From positions 4,514 through 68,513 of the forward strand of contig DASZRC010000027.1 of the NCBI GenBank assembly GCA_035549315.1: DNA of 64,000 nucleotides. Direction: 5' to 3'. The notes beneath the pieces were generated by a model. That model did no database searches. It saw only the letters and a program-made list of their open reading frames with translations, and was not told the origin of the DNA. Source of the stretch: Patescibacteria group bacterium (GTDB taxonomy: Bacteria; Patescibacteriota; Microgenomatia; Levybacterales; GWA1-39-11). The translations under genes were made by a program, and so were the position numbers. This document shows positions 37,025 to 44,561 of this stretch, piece after piece; within the stretch, counting starts at the first letter, position 1, and each line of letters opens with the position of its first letter.

Positions 37025-37353
37025 AGCCTTTTTTCCATTGATAGACTTACTTCTATTGCCCTTCTTTTTCTTACTAAGAAATCTACAAAATTCCATTCTA
37101 TTTCCTTTATCTCTCCACCTTTACTTAGAACCTTTTTAATCCTTTCATCTTGTGCATATGTTGGCCCCAAACCAATAACAACTACAGCCTGCATATATTT
37201 ATTACCTTCTATGTATACTGTTGCTCCGGGATTTTGCTTCACAATTCTATCAACTACAAAATACGCCCCGAGCGATTGACGCAGAGATTTAAAAATCGCT
37301 GCCCTAACATATACGCCTTCTTCTTTAAAAATTGGTCCGAGTTTTTCCGCCAT
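37009..37353 (-). CDS. Small hypothetical protein (114 aa), small-paralog family member C
   Basis: Shares the pattern …EEGxYxRxA…NPGAxV…VVVIG… with 37769..38131 and, more loosely, with 37356..37706. Confidence 0.5.
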   Translation of the reverse strand: MAEKLGPIFKEEGVYVRAAIFKSLRQSLGAYFVVDRIVKQNPGATVYIEGNKYMQAVVVIGLGPTYAQDERIKKVLSKGGEIKEIEWNFVDFLVRKRRAIEVSLSMEKRLTNLS

Positions 37354-37355
37354 GA

Positions 37356-37706
37356 TTAGTTACGTCTTATTGGATCCATTTGTCCATTAGAATATTTTTT
37401 GAGTGCTTGATCACTATAAATTCCTTCAACCCTAGAAATAAGATCATCGTCAAATTGCATTATTCGTCCTGATATTGCAAGTGCATTAGTTATCGCCTTA
37501 TCAACTGTTTCCCTGGGTTTTTGCCTTGCACTTACAATAAGGAGAAACTTTTCTCCATAAGGAAGACCTGCGACATTAACGCTTGCACCATTAATAGCTG
37601 CCAATATTCCATCTCCCGCCCAGGAAACTTCATCCTGTGAATCCACTTCTGCAACTCTTAGGTATATTCCTTCCTCTTCCTCAATATTTCCAAATCTTTC
37701 TTTCAT
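37356..37706 (-). CDS. Small hypothetical protein (116 aa), small-paralog family member B. It has weak roadblock/LC7-like character (GDGILAAINGASVNVAGLP).
   Basis: ORF with a 2-bp gap to the downstream gene. Its N-terminus is duplicated twice downstream as decayed fragments. Confidence 0.5.
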   Translation of the reverse strand: MKERFGNIEEEEGIYLRVAEVDSQDEVSWAGDGILAAINGASVNVAGLPYGEKFLLIVSARQKPRETVDKAITNALAISGRIMQFDDDLISRVEGIYSDQALKKYSNGQMDPIRRN

Positions 37707-37768
37707 AGAAAGGAATTATATGATTAAAGTGGGGAAAAGTAAATTTAAGTCACCTCTAAGTTAAGAGG

Positions 37769-38131
37769 TTAGTTGTTTGAGGCAAGCTTTTGCTTTAAGG
37801 ATTCTTCTATTTCTTCTCCTATTCTTTTTCTAAGTAAACCATCAACTACCAACTCATGTACGTTAATTTCTCTTCCATTCTTATCTTTCAAAGCACTCAT
37901 AATATCATTATCAAAACGCCAATAAGATTCATCATCTCCAATAACAATAACCGTACTCATATTCTTATTTCCCGGGGGAACCAAATGCACTTGTGCACCA
38001 GGATTTCTATCTACTATTCCGGAGACGGAATTAAATGCTTTATCCGCTTGTATTGGATCATAGAATATTGCACCCCTTACATACCTTCCTTCGTCCTTCT
38101 CAATAGCGCTTCTTTGTCTTTCATTTTTCAT
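37769..38131 (-). CDS. Small hypothetical protein (120 aa), small-paralog family member A
   Basis: Paralogous to 37009..37353. Confidence 0.5.
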   Translation of the reverse strand: MKNERQRSAIEKDEGRYVRGAIFYDPIQADKAFNSVSGIVDRNPGAQVHLVPPGNKNMSTVIVIGDDESYWRFDNDIMSALKDKNGREINVHELVVDGLLRKRIGEEIEESLKQKLASNN

Positions 38132-38218
38132 AAGTTTTTAATAATTATTATTCTGTGATTTCTTATGCCACAAGTTAAGTATTATAAGATTGATAAGTTA
38201 AAAAGTAAAATTAAGTAG

Positions 38219-38695
38219 CTATTCCTCAAACGGATTAGGGAGAGGATCGCGGGGCGGAAGATATTTAGCATAATAAGCCATAATATGGAGATTCATATCT
38301 ACCCCTAATTCTTGGTATGCTGCCAAATATTTCATTTTTGCTTCCTGAATTCTTAATGCTGCAAGCTCAGGATCAAGGCCACCCAAGACATCATCTACAA
38401 TTCTTTTTCCTATGGGAGGTAGATACAATGTCTGCTCTTTTCTATCCTTATTATAGGAATCTTCCATTAAGCCCCTATTATGGATTCTCCCTCCTAGTAT
38501 ATTTAAGGAATATAAAGTTCTTTGCGCAACATTAGCCTCGGATAAATCAAGAGATGAGTACAAGCCTTTAACTCTGTCTAACTCTTGCCTAGCTGTTTCT
38601 AGTGTAATTTCAGGATAGGGCTCGGGCTCAGGCGCCACATTTTCCGGCTTTCTCCAGAAAGCGAATCTACCAAATTTACCGCGTCTTGATTCCAT
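38219..38695 (-). CDS. Hypothetical protein (158 aa)
   Basis: ORF only. Confidence 0.45.
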   Translation of the reverse strand: MESRRGKFGRFAFWRKPENVAPEPEPYPEITLETARQELDRVKGLYSSLDLSEANVAQRTLYSLNILGGRIHNRGLMEDSYNKDRKEQTLYLPPIGKRIVDDVLGGLDPELAALRIQEAKMKYLAAYQELGVDMNLHIMAYYAKYLPPRDPLPNPFEE

Positions 38696-38731
38696 AATCT
38701 ATATTATAGGTCTAATTGTTTAAAAGTCAAA

Positions 38732-39202
38732 CTAAGATTTTTTACGGGGAAATTGCGGAATTTGATCCGGAGTTACGATACCTCTTTTAACAAGCTCAAA
38801 TAATCTACTGCCATCTGTTATTTGTGCCTTCAATCTATCTATCTCAGCCAAGGCAGCTCTATTCACCCCAGCATCATTTCTTCCTGGATCAACCATTTGT
38901 TCCCGAAAAAACTGGGCTGCTTTCCTAACCCTTACCGATGGCTTATCATAATCCCAACTTTCTCTTGCAGCTTGAACATCGCGAATATTTTCAAAAGATC
39001 TACCATCAAAAAATCCAAAATCCAAATCTGGAATTCTATTATTAATAGCAACTTCATCTGCTATGGCAATTACTTGCGCAGCATTAACAATCCCTTCTCT
39101 TGTTAAAATTTTTCGTGTTCTGGGATCTAAACGTAAAAGCTCAAGTCCCATCTGAGAGAATCGATTTGGCTGATACCTATCTTCTTTTTGATCTGCACTC
39201 AT
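38732..39202 (-). CDS. Hypothetical protein (156 aa)
   Basis: ORF only. Confidence 0.45.
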   Translation of the reverse strand: MSADQKEDRYQPNRFSQMGLELLRLDPRTRKILTREGIVNAAQVIAIADEVAINNRIPDLDFGFFDGRSFENIRDVQAARESWDYDKPSVRVRKAAQFFREQMVDPGRNDAGVNRAALAEIDRLKAQITDGSRLFELVKRGIVTPDQIPQFPRKKS

Positions 39203-39240
39203 AAAACGGATTATAAGATTTTAGATGTGAAGTTGCAAAC

Positions 39241-39921
39241 CTATCCTACAGCAACCGGCTCTTGGGGATGATGCTTGTCATATACTCCCATTATTTCTTC
39301 TAATTTTTCTTTTGCCTCTGTCATTAGCTGGTCATCCGGATTAGCCAATAAAGTTTTGTAATTTTTCCTCATATCAGAAAGCATTTCATCAAGTTCTTCA
39401 ACCCTTGTTGAGTGATTTTCTACAACATAGTAAACAAAGTTGCTATGATATGGGTCATTCTGTGCCGTTAACTCTTCTCCTGGTTTTAAAGGCGTGCGTG
39501 GCCTTCCGCCTTTTTCAACAAGAAAATAATGGTCCCGTCTTATAAAATCTGCAATAAGATCTCTAACCAAAAGCTTTTTATCTATGGGACTATTTGTAAC
39601 TTCTTGATAAAAAGTAGCTACCGCTCCGCTGAAATCTTCCCCAACGCTACCCTGAGTTAAAATCATTCCGGCTTTGTTTTCTCTAGGATGATTACCGGAC
39701 AAAACTACATTTGCCATCTTTCCCTCAAGGGCAGAATCCAACCCGACGTCTTCCACTAGTTCGTCTGTCATAACCCAATCAGGCCTAATACTTTTTGCAT
39801 ATGAAAACATTTTTCTTTGAGCAAGCTTATCTCCTTGAGAAAGCGGGAATGTTGCAAAAACAATTGCTTTTGCTTTATCTGCTGTGAGTGGGGGATATTG
39901 CCCTGGCTTCTCTTCTTCCAT
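39241..39921 (-). CDS. Hypothetical protein (226 aa), the first gene of the minus-strand cluster
   Basis: ORF only. It has weak, unconvincing similarity to the P1/P2 family in its central region. Confidence 0.45.
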   Translation of the reverse strand: MEEEKPGQYPPLTADKAKAIVFATFPLSQGDKLAQRKMFSYAKSIRPDWVMTDELVEDVGLDSALEGKMANVVLSGNHPRENKAGMILTQGSVGEDFSGAVATFYQEVTNSPIDKKLLVRDLIADFIRRDHYFLVEKGGRPRTPLKPGEELTAQNDPYHSNFVYYVVENHSTRVEELDEMLSDMRKNYKTLLANPDDQLMTEAKEKLEEIMGVYDKHHPQEPVAVG

Positions 39922-40216
39922 AATTTATATATTCTACCACGGGTACGCAATTACATTTTCTTACAATTTTCATACGTTGATAAATTGCTTAAAAATTGGT
40001 CAAAAAAACGTTAAAATGCTTACTTTGAACCTGAATTGCTAGCTAATTTCCCTTTTATAACCCTACGTGTTACACTAAATATCTCCTGATTTTATTCTTA
40101 CAATTCTTTAACCTGACTAAGGTTTAATGCTTTATTAGGTCCTAGCCTCGGCTTGACCCATACAATTGGTTTTATTAAACAATTCAAAATATTTTTTGGA
40201 GGAGGAATTTTAAAAG

Positions 40217-43200
40217 ATGCAGAAGAAAAAGAAAACATTAAACAGAAAAAACTTACAAAACCCTGAGTTTTATGGACTCCCAAAGTACACACAATTTTTC
40301 TACACTCTCCTGTCTCTAATTTTTGTTTTCGGCTTTGCTCTCTGGTGGTTTCAACCAAACCATATACCTTTTAACTTTGCCGGAGAACTCCGTTTTATAG
40401 ATATTCTCTTATTTCTAACCGTAAGCTACATTATCTGGCAACCAATAACAATGGATATTTTGACATGGGCAATTTCATCCAACATAAAAGATATTCGTCA
40501 CCAAAAACCGACCGCCGGATCAAAAGTAGCTTTTATAACAACCATAGTTCCTGCTAGTGAATCACTAGATTTACTACATAAATGTTTACCTGCTATGGTA
40601 GATGCGTCATACCCGCATGACACTTGGCTTTTAGATGAAGGGGATAGCGCTGAAGTAAAAGAAATTTGTAGAAAATATGGTGTCCACTATTTTACAAGAC
40701 ATGGCAGGGAAGAATTTAACACCCCAAATGGAAAGTTCACCAAAACAAAAGGCGGAAACCACAATTCTTGGTATGAAGTCTATGGAGATAATTATGATTT
40801 TGTTGCCCAGATTGATACAGACTTTGTCCCCAAAAAAACTTTTCTCACAAAAACATTAGGATACTTTAGGGATCCAAAAGTTGCTTTTGTTGGTACTCCA
40901 CAAATATATGGAAATACAGATGAGTCAATAATTGCAAGAGGAGCAGCGGAACAACTTTATACATTCTACGGATCTGTTTTAAAAGGATTAAGTAGTATGA
41001 AGATGACTCTACTTATTGGGGCAAACCATATTATTAGAGTTGCAGCCTTACGTAATGTTAATCACTATAGTGCACATATAACTGAAGATTTAATAACGGG
41101 AATGAAACTCCATGCCAACGGTTGGGAGAGCGTTTACATTTCAGAACCTCTTGCAGTTGGGGAGGGCCCATCAACCTGGGAGGCATATTTTAGTCAACAA
41201 ATGCGTTGGGCGTATGGATGTATGGATATATTTTTCCACCACAGCCCAAAACTATTTAAAAGAATGGGGCTAAGAAGAACAGTATATTATTTCTTTCTCC
41301 AACAACATTATTTTACAGGACTTGCCATGGCGCTAAGTATAATTTTGATAAGTCTTTATTTTTTCCTAGGACTTAGGGCAGCAAATGTAGACCTCTACAA
41401 ATTTTTTGGGCTCTACTCCGTAACCCTCATAATTTGTTGGCTAATGTCTGTTTTCCTACAAAGGTTCAACGTATATAGAAAAAGTGAAGGGGAAATGCTA
41501 GTTGCCGGAAAACTTATTAGTATTGCGGCATGGCCCGTTTGGTTCTTGGCATTTATAAGTTTGGTTACCGGTAAAAAATTATCATACAAAGTTACTCCAA
41601 AAGGGGAAAATGACGCAAAACCAAAAAGGTCCTTTAAAATTTTTATTCCCCATATAACACTGGGGTTAATAACATTGGCAGGACTTCTTTATTCTATTTT
41701 CATAGGAAGACAAAACATTGGAATGGTTTTCTGGGCAAGTGTTTCTATTATTCTTATGTTTAGTGTTCCATTTACCCAAGAAATAGATGATTTTACAAAG
41801 AAAGCGCAGAAAATTATGGTAAGGGTAGGTTTTAAACTTTATAAAATAATAAGAAAAATTGATAGCAAACTTACACCGGAATTATTTAAATCAAGCGAGG
41901 AAAATGATGTCAAAAGGGTTAAAAAAATTGCCCCAAGAAAAAGATATCTTAATGATTATGTTTTTCTAACTCTTGTAGTAATTATTTCATCTGTTCTCTA
42001 TATAAATAAGATTTCATTTTATAGTGATGACTGGTCATTCTTGGGAAACTTTAGTTTGTCACAAAACCATTCACTACTTGGATTATTCCAAACAGCAACA
42101 ACACCAAATACATTAATGCGCCCCGTCCAAAATTTTTATGAAGCGCTTCTATATTGGTCTTTTGGAACATCACCTCTTGGCTACCAACTGGTAAATTTGG
42201 GAATATTTATTGGAATAGTTGTATTTTTCTATACCGTTCTAAGGCAGCTCAAAGTACCAAGACTTTTATCCGTTGCGATTCCCCTTGTCTATGTACTGCT
42301 CCCCAATTATTCAACAGACAGATTTTGGTTTGCGGTACATCAAGCAAACCTTAGCGTACTATTTTATTTTATAAGCCTTTTTGCTGCTTTAAAATCCGTA
42401 TCACGTTTTACACTTAGAAAAAGTCTATGGAAAGTAATTAGTATAGTGGCCCTTTTATTAAGCGTATTAAGTTATGAAGTTGTTATTCCATTATTTGTAA
42501 TAAACTTATTTATTTTGTGGAACCCATACAATCTTTTCTTAAGAATTGTTTATGGGAAAAGACGGTCAAATATGGTTTTTATAAGCGTAATCTCCATATT
42601 TCTTCTTTATACCTTGGTCTTCAAAGCACTTACAACAAGGCGCCTTACCGGAGGCATTGACATAAACTACATCCTACATGTTTTGGGATCTGCGATACAT
42701 GTAAATTACGGTTCTTGGTTTATTAACCTACCATACATATGGGGAGAAATAATTTCTGCCCATACCGATCCAATTCTTCTTGCACTAACCGGAATAATGT
42801 ATGTTTTTATTTTCTATCATTTATATTCCCTTGCATCAGACCCCGATTTTAAATTCCCTACAATTTCTGCAATGAAAACTCTAACACTTTCTAGTTTTGT
42901 TATTTTCTTTTTGGGATATGCAATTTTTTTCACAAACAACCAAGTTGGATTTTCTCCAACGGGGGTTGAGAATAGAGTTGCTATTGCAGCAGCCATTGGA
43001 GTGGCTATGACTTTTGTTGGGCTATCCGGATGGTTAAGTAAAATATTTTTGCCGGAAAAAGCAGCAAAGGTAATGTTTTGCATTATTCTATCTTTGATAT
43101 GCGCCGGAAGTTTTTTGACCGTTAATACAATTGCATCTTTTTGGGCCGATGCAGGATCCAAGAGCACCAAAGTTCTTGCCGACATACATAAAGAATTTCC

Positions 43201-43570
43201 TACTGTGAACAATAAAAGTACAATACTTCTTGATGGAGTGTGTCCATATGTTGGACCGGCACCGGTTTTTGAAGCAGATTGGGATCTTAAAGGAGCACTG
43301 GAAACATATTACCTCAAACCATTGAATGCAGATATTGTGACGCCTCGCCTAAAGGTAAAAGACAATAGCATAACAACTACTATTTATACATTCACCACAA
43401 GCTATCCTTATAAAAACATGTACATCTACAATTACAAAACCAAACAAATTTTCAAAATTAATGATGCTGACGATGCGCATGCATACTTTAATACGTACAA
43501 CAATGACCTAAATAATGGCTGTCCCAATGCAGAGGCCGGAAAGGGTGTGGCTATCTTTAAATTTATATGA
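40217..43570 (+). CDS. Family-2 glycosyltransferase (processive cellulose/beta-glucan-synthase-like, BcsA-type) fused to a ~600-aa C-terminal polytopic membrane domain
   Basis: Carries the D, DxD, TED and QxxRW motifs (…DEGDSAEV…, …QIDTDFVPK…, …ITEDLITG…, …QQMRWAYG…). A GGAGGAGG SD lies upstream. Confidence 0.75.
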   Translation: MQKKKKTLNRKNLQNPEFYGLPKYTQFFYTLLSLIFVFGFALWWFQPNHIPFNFAGELRFIDILLFLTVSYIIWQPITMDILTWAISSNIKDIRHQKPTAGSKVAFITTIVPASESLDLLHKCLPAMVDASYPHDTWLLDEGDSAEVKEICRKYGVHYFTRHGREEFNTPNGKFTKTKGGNHNSWYEVYGDNYDFVAQIDTDFVPKKTFLTKTLGYFRDPKVAFVGTPQIYGNTDESIIARGAAEQLYTFYGSVLKGLSSMKMTLLIGANHIIRVAALRNVNHYSAHITEDLITGMKLHANGWESVYISEPLAVGEGPSTWEAYFSQQMRWAYGCMDIFFHHSPKLFKRMGLRRTVYYFFLQQHYFTGLAMALSIILISLYFFLGLRAANVDLYKFFGLYSVTLIICWLMSVFLQRFNVYRKSEGEMLVAGKLISIAAWPVWFLAFISLVTGKKLSYKVTPKGENDAKPKRSFKIFIPHITLGLITLAGLLYSIFIGRQNIGMVFWASVSIILMFSVPFTQEIDDFTKKAQKIMVRVGFKLYKIIRKIDSKLTPELFKSSEENDVKRVKKIAPRKRYLNDYVFLTLVVIISSVLYINKISFYSDDWSFLGNFSLSQNHSLLGLFQTATTPNTLMRPVQNFYEALLYWSFGTSPLGYQLVNLGIFIGIVVFFYTVLRQLKVPRLLSVAIPLVYVLLPNYSTDRFWFAVHQANLSVLFYFISLFAALKSVSRFTLRKSLWKVISIVALLLSVLSYEVVIPLFVINLFILWNPYNLFLRIVYGKRRSNMVFISVISIFLLYTLVFKALTTRRLTGGIDINYILHVLGSAIHVNYGSWFINLPYIWGEIISAHTDPILLALTGIMYVFIFYHLYSLASDPDFKFPTISAMKTLTLSSFVIFFLGYAIFFTNNQVGFSPTGVENRVAIAAAIGVAMTFVGLSGWLSKIFLPEKAAKVMFCIILSLICAGSFLTVNTIASFWADAGSKSTKVLADIHKEFPTVNNKSTILLDGVCPYVGPAPVFEADWDLKGALETYYLKPLNADIVTPRLKVKDNSITTTIYTFTTSYPYKNMYIYNYKTKQIFKINDADDAHAYFNTYNNDLNNGCPNAEAGKGVAIFKFI

Positions 43571-44550
43571 TACCTAAAGTTATTTTTATTTTTATCACTA
43601 TTGTTTTGATATTAGGTGGCAGTTATACACTGCTTAATAACCACCCGCATCAAGAAATTTTACTTGGTGCTTGGACACAAGGATTTTATGATGCAAACCA
43701 GAAAAAGTTAAACCCTCAAAAACTTTTAGACTTTGAGTCTTTAACAAAGAAAAAATATTCTATAGCCCATTATTACAGAGGATGGGAATCTTTTATTGAT
43801 CCCACTCTTGTTAAAGAATTTAGTTTACTAAGAAAAAACGGATGGACCCCAATGCTTAGCTCTAACCCATATTATTTTTCTGATTGTCCCGTGCAAACTG
43901 AATCAATATACAAAAGCATTGCAGAAGGTAAGTGTGACGAGTTTTTAAATAAAGCCGGGGAAAATTTAAAGAAAATTAACAAACCGTTTTATTTGGCTTT
44001 TGCTTGGGAAATGAATAACAAAGATCTTGAATGGAGTGTTCCTTATACAGGGAGCTCTCCACAAGATTTTGTAGATGCATGGCGCCACATTCATGATATG
44101 TTTGAAAAACACGGAGCAAAAAATATACTCTGGGTATTTTGTCCAAATATTCCGGATGTTCCCCACCCGTCCTATAAAGACCTTTATCCCGGCGACAAAT
44201 ACGTAGACTGGACTTGTTTAGATGGATACAACTGGGGGACAACTCAAAGTTGGAGCAAATGGACAAGCTTTACAGACATTTTTGGTTCCTCCTATCAAAC
44301 CATTTCAGACATAGCTCCGGGCAAACCATTAATGATTGGGGAAGTAAACACAACAGATGTTGGCGGAAACAAAGCGGGTTGGTACGGGGATGCATTTAGG
44401 GATATTCCCTACAATTTTCCAAACATAAAAGCTGTTGTTATTTTTAATGAAGATAAAAGCAAACAGGAAAATGTTAATTGGAGAGTTGATGTCTCAAAAG
44501 ATTCTTTGAATTCTTATATATCTGCAATTAAACCTGCGATTTATAAATAG
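43567..44550 (+). CDS. Clan GH-A glycoside hydrolase (GH26/GH113-like endo-beta-1,4-glycanase) with an N-terminal TM
   Basis: …LAFAWEMNN… supplies the acid/base Glu and …MIGEVN… the nucleophile Glu. The gene overlaps the upstream GT2 by 4 bp. Confidence 0.55.
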   Translation: MIPKVIFIFITIVLILGGSYTLLNNHPHQEILLGAWTQGFYDANQKKLNPQKLLDFESLTKKKYSIAHYYRGWESFIDPTLVKEFSLLRKNGWTPMLSSNPYYFSDCPVQTESIYKSIAEGKCDEFLNKAGENLKKINKPFYLAFAWEMNNKDLEWSVPYTGSSPQDFVDAWRHIHDMFEKHGAKNILWVFCPNIPDVPHPSYKDLYPGDKYVDWTCLDGYNWGTTQSWSKWTSFTDIFGSSYQTISDIAPGKPLMIGEVNTTDVGGNKAGWYGDAFRDIPYNFPNIKAVVIFNEDKSKQENVNWRVDVSKDSLNSYISAIKPAIYK

Positions 44551-44561
44551 GTTTTTTAAAT

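Noticed and set aside
40098-40358. 86-aa minus-strand ORF overlapping the start of the GT2 gene
   Set aside because: It is antisense to the 5' end and SD region of 40217..43570 and has no support of its own.
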